Shown here in pieces: positions 8,878 to 18,030 of a stretch of DNA of 33,177 nucleotides. How positions within the stretch are numbered: the first letter of the stretch is position 1; every line of letters starts with the position of its first letter. The notes below the pieces were generated by a model that saw only the letters and a program-made list of their open reading frames with translations, did not search any database and was not told the origin of the DNA. Position numbers and translations under genes: made by a program. The stretch is from Candidatus Thorarchaeota archaeon. Lineage in GTDB: Archaea; Asgardarchaeota; Thorarchaeia; Thorarchaeales; Thorarchaeaceae. The DNA lies in assembly GCA_048882325.1 (NCBI GenBank), contig JBHLRS010000031.1, forward strand, positions 1 through 33,177, read 5' to 3'.

Positions 8878-9336
8878 ATGAAGAAAGCGATCATTGTCTA
8901 TGAGAGCCTTTATGGAAACACGAAGAAGATTGCAGAAACAATCTGTGAGGGCATCAACAAAGTAGAGGGTGTTGAATGCATTACTAGAAAGACTGGAGAA
9001 CTGCACACCGATGATCTCTGTGATTATGATGCCATCTTGCTTGGGTGTCCAAACCATGATCAGGAACCAGCACGTAATCTGGTCAAGTTTATAGAAAGAG
9101 CGTCAATCGTTCATCTAAAGGCAAAGGTAGGAGCTGCTTTTGATACCTATACCGGAGGCAACAAGGATGTTGCAGTTGTAAAACTTGAGGCGGAGATAAA
9201 GGAGAAGTTGCCAGGTATTGAATTGTCCGAGAGACTATCTGCCAAAGTCACTGGTCGTAAGGGACCTCTCGCAGACGATGAAGTGTCGAGAGCACTGGAT
9301 TTTGGTACTCAGTTCGCAAAGAAACTGGTAGAATAG
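8878..9336 (+). CDS. Flavodoxin family protein (start ATG 8878)
   Basis: MKKAIIVYESLYGNTKKIAE FMN-binding loop, YDAILLGCP, AAFDTY. Confidence 0.92.
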   Translation: MKKAIIVYESLYGNTKKIAETICEGINKVEGVECITRKTGELHTDDLCDYDAILLGCPNHDQEPARNLVKFIERASIVHLKAKVGAAFDTYTGGNKDVAVVKLEAEIKEKLPGIELSERLSAKVTGRKGPLADDEVSRALDFGTQFAKKLVE

Positions 9337-9419
9337 GTATCATTCTTGGTTGGACTAACAATTCATAAGCGAAAACGTGCAGGTGATAATGGATTTTCCT
9401 AGCTTAGGAGGTTTGTTAT

Positions 9420-10076
9420 ATGCATAGACTGAAGGTTTTGATCGCTACAATTGTAGGTTTGTTCCTGTTCATCACTGATGTCGTAACAGGATGGATGGGT
9501 CTTACACTTGGGTTTCCTGCTGTTTTTATCATAGTATTTATCGTGGGAATCATAGCTGGTGATGGTGTTTCTGGGTTTGTGGCAGGTCTATTGACAGAGT
9601 TTCTAGGAGTCTTTCTCTTGGCTGCTGTCCCACAAATCTTGATGCCAGGGTATGAATTCGCTTCTGACAACATACTTGTTCGCATGTTTGTCATCATGTT
9701 GATATCAGTAGCGTACGGCACAAGACTAGCAACTGAACCAATGCCTTTGATTGAGGGATTAGTTAGCCTCTTGGTGTTGATTATCATCACTCCGTTTGTG
9801 TTCTTATTTGCCCTCATTCTTGGTCCAATAGGTGGATTAGGTGGAAAGGCAATCTATTCTAGATTCTCGGAAACGACACCTGAGAGAGAGAAGAAACAAG
9901 ATTTCGCAGCGGAAGGTCCGTCTATTTCTCATGAACCACCACCGGCGGATGTTCCAGAGGAGGAAGTTACTCCTGAAATGGAAGGTGACGCATTGGAAGC
10001 TGAAGGGGAAACGGAGTCGTCTACTTCTGGGTTTGACACGCACCAGCAGGTATCCGAAGACAGGGATGAGGAATAA
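9420..10076 (+). CDS. Membrane protein (about 4-5 TM) with acidic disordered C-terminal tail
   Basis: GGAGG SD; hydrophobic N-terminal 145 aa; E/P-rich tail. Confidence 0.8.
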   Translation: MHRLKVLIATIVGLFLFITDVVTGWMGLTLGFPAVFIIVFIVGIIAGDGVSGFVAGLLTEFLGVFLLAAVPQILMPGYEFASDNILVRMFVIMLISVAYGTRLATEPMPLIEGLVSLLVLIIITPFVFLFALILGPIGGLGGKAIYSRFSETTPEREKKQDFAAEGPSISHEPPPADVPEEEVTPEMEGDALEAEGETESSTSGFDTHQQVSEDRDEE

Positions 10077-10122
10077 AAACAATAATAATAACAGTTATAA
10101 CATAATAAGTTATAATAGTTGC
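10077..10122. repeat. AT-rich low-complexity tract with (AAT)n and two AGTTATAA copies
   Basis: aaacaataataataacagttataacataataagttataatag. Confidence 0.55.
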
Positions 10123-10214
10123 AAGAGCTGCTCCACCAGTTCTGACTACACTAGGTATCAGTACATTGGCAGATGTCGACTGATCATCCAAGATAACATC
10201 CGTGAGATAGAAAC

Positions 10215-10547
10215 ATGAAGTCTGAGGCAATACCTGTGTCCGGAACAAAAACAAAGACAGCATGCGGCCAGTGCAGCTGCATAATATTATACACATCCGA
10301 GTTCTGCGTGTTTTGTGATGCTGCAGAGGAGATACTCATAGAGGCTTTGACTAACTTCGGTGTTGCCAAGACTGTCATTCGAGAGGTCGATGTTGAAACC
10401 GAAGATGAGTGTGGTTGCAGAACTGATGACGTGACAATGTTGCCCACGATCAAGGTCTGTGACAAGCATATCACAGGACTGCCAGAGGAGCAGTCTATGC
10501 AGGATGCTGTCATGCAGGCGATTATGAAAGACTGCTTCTGTGAGTAG
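10215..10547 (+). CDS. Cys-rich thioredoxin/glutaredoxin-fold protein
   Basis: ILYTSEFCVFC (CxxC), EVDV, cis-Pro-like MLPTI, ITGLP; 10 Cys in 110 aa. Confidence 0.82.
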   Translation: MKSEAIPVSGTKTKTACGQCSCIILYTSEFCVFCDAAEEILIEALTNFGVAKTVIREVDVETEDECGCRTDDVTMLPTIKVCDKHITGLPEEQSMQDAVMQAIMKDCFCE

Positions 10548-10549
10548 AG

Positions 10550-11005
10550 TCAGAAATCAAGCTGAATTGTCTCCCAACGCACCATTCCCTGCTCCACTGC
10601 TTCTTTGATCTTTCGTTCTGTGCGATTCAGTTTGGCATTTCCAGTCTTGATGTCAGCCAAGACTATAGTGATCGGCCCGTTTGAGTTTCTATCTTTAACT
10701 GCTGTATAACCATCGAATATGACATAGTCTATTGGTGCTCCGAGAAATCTAGCATCTGATGGGTCATATCTAAAGACATCCTTGTACATAGGGATCAAGT
10801 GTTCAGCGATTTTCCCCTTCAAGACATAACGACTCCTGTCAGCTGCATCTTTTCTAATCGAGGATTCCTGCTCAGCCCAGGTCTGGCGAAATTCCTTTTC
10901 CACCATCGCGATTCTGTGGCGGAGTTGCATCTTCATTATCAAGTAGACAGATGCGGTTAGTATCAAACCAACTGACAACCCAATCAGGATATCTGCGAGT
11001 GTCAT
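10550..11005 (-). CDS. Holliday junction resolvase-like endonuclease (Endonuc_Holl type) with N-terminal TM helix (start 11005 or 11029)
   Basis: SRYVLKGKIAEHL, DARFLGAPIDYVIFDG, DIKTG..KL...ERKIK..VEQG.VRWE. Confidence 0.88.
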   Translation of the reverse strand: MTLADILIGLSVGLILTASVYLIMKMQLRHRIAMVEKEFRQTWAEQESSIRKDAADRSRYVLKGKIAEHLIPMYKDVFRYDPSDARFLGAPIDYVIFDGYTAVKDRNSNGPITIVLADIKTGNAKLNRTERKIKEAVEQGMVRWETIQLDF

Positions 11006-11154
11006 ACAAAGACTTGGTCGTGACTCCATATATTCTCAAGTAATCAGGGGGTATTCGCTGGAGATTACATGTCAAAGTTTCTGAAACTAAGAGAAGGACA
11101 GGGCTATCTGAAAGTTTATTCACGCGACTTTGCATATGGCTGCAGTGAAGAATC

Positions 11155-11550
11155 ATGAAGAACCAGACCAAGCTCATTTTCATTGGTGTGGTAGTCATGG
11201 TTCTTGCTTCCAGTGTCATCCTTTTGGCTGCATACGGAGACCATGAAGGACCAGTGATATACCAGGTTGATGTTCTCCCAATAGATCCAGGTCCAAGAGA
11301 TAATATCAGTGTGACAGTGTTTGTAATTGATTCGTCAGGAGTTTCCCATGTCCAGTTGAGATACACAATTGACGGGACAACTTGGAACTGGCTGGACATG
11401 AATTTTGTCAGCTGTCTCTGTGCTGCGGGTGGCAGATGGATTAGTGTGTTTGGTCCAATCAGTGATGAATACACCGTACGATTCTCTGTAAGAGCTTATG
11501 ATAATTCATTGTTGTCAAACCCATCTGATTCACAGATATTCTCGTTATAG
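11155..11550 (+). CDS. Signal-anchored beta-rich (Ig-like) hypothetical protein with a CxC motif
   Basis: N-terminal TM/signal; DSSGVSHVQLRY...RAYDN pattern typical of archaeal Ig-like surface domains; SCLCAAGGRW. Confidence 0.75.
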   Translation: MKNQTKLIFIGVVVMVLASSVILLAAYGDHEGPVIYQVDVLPIDPGPRDNISVTVFVIDSSGVSHVQLRYTIDGTTWNWLDMNFVSCLCAAGGRWISVFGPISDEYTVRFSVRAYDNSLLSNPSDSQIFSL

Positions 11551-11625
11551 AGTGATAATGTTCCGAGATTGCTCAAACCGGACCCTTAAGTGTGAGTTCC
11601 ACAAAATGGAAAATAGTGAGGTAGA

Positions 11626-12678
11626 ATGTCTGAAGAAACATTAGATCTCTTGAAGACTCTGTCAGCAACTCCAGGACCCGTTGGTAGAGAAACACTAGTC
11701 CAAGACATCGTGAAGGAACACTTCAAGGATCACTGTGATAGTTTCACACAGGATCGACTTGGCAATGTGATTGGAACTTTGGAAGGAGGAATCAAACAAC
11801 ACTACGCAATAGTGGCTCATGCAGATGAAGTTGGATTTCTTGTGAGTAGTATGGATGAGAAGGGATTCATCAGAGTCAAATGGAACACACAGGGACACAT
11901 GCCTGATCTTCGACTTCTCCCTGGGCAATGGGTTCTCATCATGACTGAGAAAGGCCTGATTCCAGGAGTCTTCTGTGTAAAGACAGCTCATTTGGCCGGG
12001 GCTGAAGGGAAAGGGAGAATTCCCACCTATGAGGAGGTCTTCCTGGATATTGGGGCTAAGAACCTCGAGGACATTCACGAGTTAGGAATCAACATTGGAG
12101 ACCCTGTGATTTATGCCGCACCAGTTGAGAAACTGCTGAATAATCATGTTGCTGGAAAGTCAATGGATGATAGAGTTGGACTGGTTGCTATGCTAAGGGT
12201 CTTAGCACACGTAGCCAAGGTTCCAAAGGCGAAACGACCCACGATCACCTTTGTTTCTACAGTGATGGAAGAGATGGGAGCAAAAGGCGCAGCTGTAGTA
12301 GCAAAAGACCTAGACCTAGATGCAGTGATCGTGCTTGACATTGGCCTTGCAGATGACCACCCAGGAACCAACGGAGAGGTTGGAATTTCGCTCGGAAAAG
12401 GTCCAGTCGTCGTAATCAAGGACATGGCACTACACTATTCACATGACCTTATTCAGAGTATTGTGAAGACTGCTGAGAGAGAAAAGATTCCAATCCAAAG
12501 AGCAGTATTCCATTCCTATCTGACAGATGGACTACAGTTCGCTACACATGGTCAGGTCGTGGCAGTTCTAGCAATACCCTGTAGATATTCACATTCAAGT
12601 TTCGAAACTGTAAACCTCTTAGATGTCGATATGACTATACATCTGTTGATGAAGTGGCTTACTGGTTCTGAGCAGTAG
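11626..12678 (+). CDS. M42 family (TET-like) metallo-aminopeptidase
   Basis: GPVGRE, DRLGN, AHADEVG, GKSMDDRVG, VMEEMG, LDIG, TDG, IPCRYSHS. Confidence 0.94.
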   Translation: MSEETLDLLKTLSATPGPVGRETLVQDIVKEHFKDHCDSFTQDRLGNVIGTLEGGIKQHYAIVAHADEVGFLVSSMDEKGFIRVKWNTQGHMPDLRLLPGQWVLIMTEKGLIPGVFCVKTAHLAGAEGKGRIPTYEEVFLDIGAKNLEDIHELGINIGDPVIYAAPVEKLLNNHVAGKSMDDRVGLVAMLRVLAHVAKVPKAKRPTITFVSTVMEEMGAKGAAVVAKDLDLDAVIVLDIGLADDHPGTNGEVGISLGKGPVVVIKDMALHYSHDLIQSIVKTAEREKIPIQRAVFHSYLTDGLQFATHGQVVAVLAIPCRYSHSSFETVNLLDVDMTIHLLMKWLTGSEQ

Positions 12679-13078
12679 TATTTGTGACTGGTTCAACGCG
12701 AACCTTCATACTCTCACGAGACACTACTATTACCTCTGTGCCGGATTTGATCACTCCAACATCACATCGAGCATCCCAAATCTCCGCACCGACGCGCACC
12801 TTTCCTGAAACTTGCGTGACATCGTTTATGGTCATACCTTTCATTCCTTTAAGCTCATAGAAAGGTCTGGACACTTCTAGTAGAGAGGGATACACAAGGT
12901 AGTACTTAGCAGCTACGAATACTGCTGCACCAATGATTAGGAGGATCGTCATTGGCCAAAACCAGTCAGGTCTTAATGCATATACAATCCATAGAGCAAT
13001 CGGTACCAAGATTAACTCATCGACAGTAATTGCAATGAATTTGGCTCGAGGCGAAAAGTCTACCACTTTAGTATACAT
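12659..13078 (-). CDS. NfeD-like protein (TM helices plus OB-fold)
   Basis: Hydrophobic N-terminus then GMKG...GKVRVGAEIWDA....IKSGTEVIVVSRESMKVRVEP. Confidence 0.88.
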   Translation of the reverse strand: MYTKVVDFSPRAKFIAITVDELILVPIALWIVYALRPDWFWPMTILLIIGAAVFVAAKYYLVYPSLLEVSRPFYELKGMKGMTINDVTQVSGKVRVGAEIWDARCDVGVIKSGTEVIVVSRESMKVRVEPVTNTTAQNQ

Positions 13079-13206
13079 CCTTCTTTTGAGCTAATTTTCG
13101 TCTGACAGGAGAAAAAGGTTTGCAACCAAACAGGACCAATCAGCAATATTAGCCAGACAGTACTATTGAAAAGGAGGACATAAAGCCGCCATGCAGTGAC
13201 TCATAC

Positions 13207-14322
13207 TTGAAGACTGAAATAATCCAAATAATGGCAGGAGCCGCCATGATCTCCGCTTTCACATATGTTCCAATTCTCGCGAGCGAGCTTGGTATCTCCG
13301 AACTTCTCGTAACTGTCATAGTTGGAGGATATGCCACTGCTTCGTTCTTTTCTTCATACATATTTGGAAGGGCTGGGGACATCTACGGTCGAAGGATTGT
13401 CATCCGGCTAGGTCTATTGGTATCTATGGTCACATTTGGTCTACTACTATTTACGACAAACCTTGAAAACCTGTTTCTTGTCCGGGTGCTAAATGGTTTC
13501 TGTGTTGGAATATACCCAGGCGCTCTAGCTGCTTTTGCATATGAATCAAAGATGAAGATGGGGCGGTATGCTACCTGGGGGGCTGCTGGGTGGGGCGTTG
13601 GAACACTCTTTGCAGGATACGCTGCCACTTTCAATGTGTACTATGCCTTCCTAATGTCAACGATATTCTTTGCCATAGCCTTTGCGTCAGCCCTGACCTT
13701 ACCCTTGTTAACACAGGAGGTTGTAAAGGTCCCTTGGTTCCCAATTGAAACCTTCAAGCGAAATGCTCCAATCTACATAGCATTCTTTCTCAGACACAGC
13801 AGTGCCTTTGCCATCTGGACACTGTGGCCATTGTTCCTAGTCAGTATCGGTGGGGACAATTTCACAATTGCCATAGTTCAGTCTACTAATGCTCTTGCTC
13901 AAGTATTATTCATGGCGACTGTAGTCGATCGGATTGAGAGCAAGCGATTGGTTTCCATTGGATTGGTCACATCAGCAATCACATTCTTCTGGTTTCCGTT
14001 TGCCCATAACATCATTGAAATCATCCCAACACAGATTTTACTGGGCTTTACGTGGGCAACTCTATACGTGGGTGCGTTGAAGTATGTGACCGAAAACAAC
14101 AATGAGCGATCAACTGCATCAGGACTTCTAACATCTACGATGTCACTTTCGGGAGTTGTTGGACCAATTCTTGCCGCAGCGATATATCTGATCTGGCCGG
14201 GCTATGTGCCTACTATGATATACGCTGGAGTTATGTCGCTCATCGCTTATGGATTGTTCTGGCTTACTAATCGTAATGACGGGGTAGCTATGATTGATGA
14301 AGAACTCATTAAGGTTGTCTAG
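13207..14322 (+). CDS. Major facilitator superfamily transporter
   Basis: Motif A GRAGDIYGRR; about 12 TM segments. Confidence 0.93.
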   Translation: MKTEIIQIMAGAAMISAFTYVPILASELGISELLVTVIVGGYATASFFSSYIFGRAGDIYGRRIVIRLGLLVSMVTFGLLLFTTNLENLFLVRVLNGFCVGIYPGALAAFAYESKMKMGRYATWGAAGWGVGTLFAGYAATFNVYYAFLMSTIFFAIAFASALTLPLLTQEVVKVPWFPIETFKRNAPIYIAFFLRHSSAFAIWTLWPLFLVSIGGDNFTIAIVQSTNALAQVLFMATVVDRIESKRLVSIGLVTSAITFFWFPFAHNIIEIIPTQILLGFTWATLYVGALKYVTENNNERSTASGLLTSTMSLSGVVGPILAAAIYLIWPGYVPTMIYAGVMSLIAYGLFWLTNRNDGVAMIDEELIKVV

Positions 14323-15484
14323 CGCGACGCTTCTTCAGGTCCTCTAGTTTCTTTCCAAAATCCACCTCTGTCAACCTATTTGTAATGATTGGTGAGATGA
14401 TGAGGAAAAGGACAGCAAAGACACCGATGACGCTCAGGTCTACTAACAGAGAATCATAGGTACCTTCCACGAACATTCTGATTAGTGACCTATAGACATT
14501 GGACACTGGCAAATATTCATCAAAGGTTCCGAATGTCGCTCCGACAAGACTCAAAGGTGCTATTCCACCCCCTACAATCCAGTAGAATATGGCTCCAAGA
14601 GCAGCTACTGGAACAACGAATACTGAATTCCTGAAGACAGCTCCAGCAATTATTCCAAACCCTGAGCTGAATAGAGCTAGTAGGAATGTGAGAGAGAAGA
14701 ATGTAAGGACATCTCCATCAGGCCAGACGCGAAACAGGATGAAACTAAGGAGGAAAAGAAACGGGACCGCTGCATAACTGATCACAACCCCACTGAACAT
14801 CTTTCCCATGTAGATGGCGTGAGGTGATTGATTTGAGAGAATTAGTTCATCCATAGTTTCTTGTTCGAACTCTTGGGTCATTGCCGATCCAGCTGCAAAA
14901 ATGGCTCCAAACATCACTGAGTAGATAGATACCGTCCATGCCATGTACGCTAATCGCGGAGGAGTGAATGGTCTCAAATCTACCGTTTCAAAATCAACAA
15001 GTGAGTCGTTCAGGAAGTAAGTCTGGTAGAAGATATCCAGCTTTCTAATCACTGGCATCCGCAGGTTCTTTGTGAGATCTTCATGTATGTTAGCCACTTG
15101 AACATGAATTGATATTGACTCGTTATTGGTCACTGCATTCTCAAATCCATCTGGTATTGTGATGACGAGAAGAATCTCACCATTCTGGAAGAGGTGGTTC
15201 GCAGTTTCTGCGTCCATCAAGATTGGATCGAGTCGGGGAGGGATTGGGTCGTTCTCACCCAAAATCTCGAGTAGTCCTTCTGTGTAAACACCAGGATTCT
15301 GCTCATTAAATACAACCGCAGTTTCAACCCCACTCCCGAAGTATACACCACCCATGAGCATGCTGAATCCAACGAAGAACATGAGAGGTAGGAGAACTAC
15401 CAGTACAAGCTTCTGTGGGTTTCGCTTCCATACTCTGAGCTCTTTGATAAAACTGGTCTTGACAACTCTGAATGAGAGGTTCAC
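14309..15484 (-). CDS. ABC-2 type exporter permease
   Basis: KELRVWKRNP, extracellular loop with ITIPDGF, QEFEQETMDEL..S, YMGK. Confidence 0.92.
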   Translation of the reverse strand: MNLSFRVVKTSFIKELRVWKRNPQKLVLVVLLPLMFFVGFSMLMGGVYFGSGVETAVVFNEQNPGVYTEGLLEILGENDPIPPRLDPILMDAETANHLFQNGEILLVITIPDGFENAVTNNESISIHVQVANIHEDLTKNLRMPVIRKLDIFYQTYFLNDSLVDFETVDLRPFTPPRLAYMAWTVSIYSVMFGAIFAAGSAMTQEFEQETMDELILSNQSPHAIYMGKMFSGVVISYAAVPFLFLLSFILFRVWPDGDVLTFFSLTFLLALFSSGFGIIAGAVFRNSVFVVPVAALGAIFYWIVGGGIAPLSLVGATFGTFDEYLPVSNVYRSLIRMFVEGTYDSLLVDLSVIGVFAVLFLIISPIITNRLTEVDFGKKLEDLKKRRARQP

Positions 15485-16614
15485 GACTGTTCAACCTCCT
15501 TCTTCATCAGTTGCATGACCACGGTAGTCATCACTATCCATGTTCCCAGTAGGTACAGGACACCTGTCATGAGACCCAATACAGTGTCAAGGAAGAAAAC
15601 ACGGGACCACAATGATAGGGAATGCGTAGTAGGAAGAATCAGCATAATCATCCGGATTGAAAAAGGAGACAGACCTACAGGAGCCATTCCTCCTCCCAAA
15701 ATGAATCCTGCTACCGTGAGAAGGACAGCGGCCAACAGGGACTGTTCCCTATTTCGTATCTTCATTCCAATCAGTTCACCGATTGGTACCAATGCGAGAA
15801 TTGTGAGGAGAAGTATGCTGACTAAAATCAGAACATTGCCAACCGGTAATACATTCATACTGATACAGATGACAGGAGCGGCAAGCAGCACCGAGGAGAA
15901 TGATCTGGGAATTGCAGCTATTGTTCTACCAATGACCAGTGCAATCCTTGGCGTTGGAGAATTCAGGGTATCTTGTAGAGCCCCTGTTTCAAACTCAGTG
16001 GCGGTCAGCATGGCTTGACTTGCCAGCGAGCAGGCTATGAGTGAGAGAAGGATTGCTACTGCAGCCATGTACTCGAGGTTTGATGGTGTTGCATCAAGAC
16101 TAAAGGACTCCTCAAGTGCTATAGGAGCGCCGGACTGGTCAAAATCAGGATAGACTGCTCCTTGGTTGAACAAGAGGACCGCGACCTCAAAACGATGGAC
16201 ATAGTTCTTGACAACATCGTCGTTCACATTGTTGATATACATCACAGCTGTCGCGTTTTGACCGGACGTGATGTTGTTCCCAAATCCTTCTGGAATCAGT
16301 ATGTATGCAATCAGTTCCCCGTTTCTATACAATTCCTCTGCAGTTTCAAGATCATAACGCTCAATACTAAACCATGTGTGATTAGTGGTAGAAACCATGT
16401 TATCAAGAATATTGGCCATGTCATCTGCTTCTGGAGACATATCTTCAACAACAAGACCACATGCAAAGGACTCGCCTCCTCCGACTGATGTCCACATGAT
16501 TGCATAGACAAGGAGGAAGACAAAAGGGATGATTAGACTGGGACCTAGAAACTTGGGGTCTCGTTTAGCCTGTTTCAGGTCTTTCTTCACTATGGCGACA
16601 ATGGCACGGAACAT
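15481..16614 (-). CDS. ABC-2 type exporter permease
   Basis: KKDLKQAKRDP, LIPEGF, TEFETGAL...LNSP...LVIGR; overlaps the next gene by GTGA. Confidence 0.92.
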   Translation of the reverse strand: MFRAIVAIVKKDLKQAKRDPKFLGPSLIIPFVFLLVYAIMWTSVGGGESFACGLVVEDMSPEADDMANILDNMVSTTNHTWFSIERYDLETAEELYRNGELIAYILIPEGFGNNITSGQNATAVMYINNVNDDVVKNYVHRFEVAVLLFNQGAVYPDFDQSGAPIALEESFSLDATPSNLEYMAAVAILLSLIACSLASQAMLTATEFETGALQDTLNSPTPRIALVIGRTIAAIPRSFSSVLLAAPVICISMNVLPVGNVLILVSILLLTILALVPIGELIGMKIRNREQSLLAAVLLTVAGFILGGGMAPVGLSPFSIRMIMLILPTTHSLSLWSRVFFLDTVLGLMTGVLYLLGTWIVMTTVVMQLMKKEVEQS

Positions 16615-16615
16615 G

Positions 16616-17569
16616 TCAATCCCTCAGAGTTGAGCCAGTGATTGTGAGAAACACATCACCAAGGGAGGGCTCTCTCATTGATGCCTGTTTCACCGCAAGG
16701 CCAGCTTCAGTAAGTCGACTAATGACCAGGGGTAAATCAGAGTGACCAGCCTGACTTCGGATCCATGCTGTGCGTGGACCTCCATTGAGTGGGTCCGAAA
16801 CCTTCTCCACGTTTAACTTTAACCTCTCTGTTAGCCACTCAGGACCGGATGAAGACTCCATGCCATCAATAAGCACCTCAATCAGGTATTCTCCAACATA
16901 TTTACGCTTTAGGTCACTAGGAGTACCAGAAGCAACCAGAGCTCCATTATCAATCACAATCACACGGTCAGCAAGTGCTTCAGCTTCATCCATATAATTT
17001 GTACAGAAGATGATAGTACGTCCCTCGTCTTTCAACTTCCGTACCTGGTTCCAGATCAGGTTCCTACTTTGAACATCGACACCTAACGACATTTCATCCA
17101 GAATCAGAAGTTCTGAATCATGGAGTATCGAGCGAACAAGGGCGAGTCGACGCTTCATCCCTCCGGAATATGTTTTCACCAGGTCATCCTTGCGATGAGT
17201 GAGACCCGCCAATTCGAGCATCTTCAAAATACGCTCATTCACCTCTTCTTTAGGTACACCGTAGAGCTCAGCATGATACTCGAGGGCTTCATAAGCAGTC
17301 AAGTCCTGATAGAGAGCAGTTTCCTGTGGCATGAACCCTATGAGCTTGCGAATAGAGTCAAGATTCGCAGTCACCTCAAGTCCAGATACCCTTACACTTC
17401 CAGATGTGGGCTTTAGAATTCCAGTAATCAGCTTTACAGTGGTGGACTTTCCAGCCCCATTGGGACCCAAGAGACCTATGATTTCACCCTTCTCAACCGA
17501 GAACGAGAGTTCTTGGAGTGCTTTGTGACTACCCTTGTAGATATGAGTAAGATTTGATACTTCAACCAT
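16616..17569 (-). CDS. ABC exporter ATP-binding subunit (DrrA/NodI-like); start near 17569-17578 rather than 17629
   Basis: GPNGAGKS, YSGGMKRR, LILDE, C-terminal REPSLGDVFL; AGGTGA SD at about 17584-17589. Confidence 0.94.
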   Translation of the reverse strand: MVEVSNLTHIYKGSHKALQELSFSVEKGEIIGLLGPNGAGKSTTVKLITGILKPTSGSVRVSGLEVTANLDSIRKLIGFMPQETALYQDLTAYEALEYHAELYGVPKEEVNERILKMLELAGLTHRKDDLVKTYSGGMKRRLALVRSILHDSELLILDEMSLGVDVQSRNLIWNQVRKLKDEGRTIIFCTNYMDEAEALADRVIVIDNGALVASGTPSDLKRKYVGEYLIEVLIDGMESSSGPEWLTERLKLNVEKVSDPLNGGPRTAWIRSQAGHSDLPLVISRLTEAGLAVKQASMREPSLGDVFLTITGSTLRD

Positions 17570-17623
17570 CAAGGTCAGATGAATCACCTGATTACGTAAG
17601 GACCTCAGGACATATGGGTGTAG

Positions 17624-17642
17624 TGTCACGAATGGAGTAACA
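17624..17642. promoter_or_regulatory. Putative operator TGTCAC-N7-GTAACA in the divergent ABC/wHTH promoter region
   Basis: Near-perfect palindrome with the same spacing as the copy upstream of trmB. Confidence 0.6.
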
Positions 17643-17682
17643 TAGCATACTTCTTTATGATGCAGTGACTCTTGTGGTAATT

Positions 17683-17958
17683 ATGTCGCTGGAGTTCTTG
17701 GCAAGGTTGGATGTGCGGGAGGTTTTGTTCGAGCTGATGTGGGGAGACCGTTTTGAGAGAGACCTTATGACAAAGACATCCTTAGATGCAATGTTTATTG
17801 AGATTAGGGAGAAGCTTATAGAAAGTGAGATTGTCTACAAGCTAAAGGGAGAGAACAAAACTCCATACTTATCTTTGACAGACAAGGGAGTCGCCATTGT
17901 GCATAGGCTCTTTGAGATTGAACGAATTCTTGAAGGCGAGGATGTCGACTCAGAATAG
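17683..17958 (+). CDS. Small winged-helix protein
   Basis: REKLIESEIVYK...YLSLTDKG wing motif; TTTATG box about 25 nt upstream of ATG 17683. Confidence 0.75.
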   Translation: MSLEFLARLDVREVLFELMWGDRFERDLMTKTSLDAMFIEIREKLIESEIVYKLKGENKTPYLSLTDKGVAIVHRLFEIERILEGEDVDSE

Positions 17959-17966
17959 GGATATGC

Positions 17967-17985
17967 TGTCACTCCTAAAGTGACA
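17967..17985. promoter_or_regulatory. Putative operator TGTCAC-N7-GTGACA just upstream of the trmB BRE/TATA (TTTAATA 17991-17997)
   Basis: Perfect TGTCACT-cctaa-AGTGACA palindrome. Confidence 0.65.
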
Positions 17986-18030
17986 AGAGGTTTAATATTC
18001 TGAAGCTCATAGATGTGATTAGGGATAAGA

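Noticed and set aside
9837-10513. ORFs 9841-10218 (with an NNNNN tract), 9837-10082, 10021-10296 and 10184-10513
   Set aside because: They overlap better-supported genes; the poly-Asn comes from the intergenic AAT repeat
10872-11474. 200-aa minus-strand ORF
   Set aside because: Antisense to 11155-11550, overlaps the nuclease out of frame, and has no motifs
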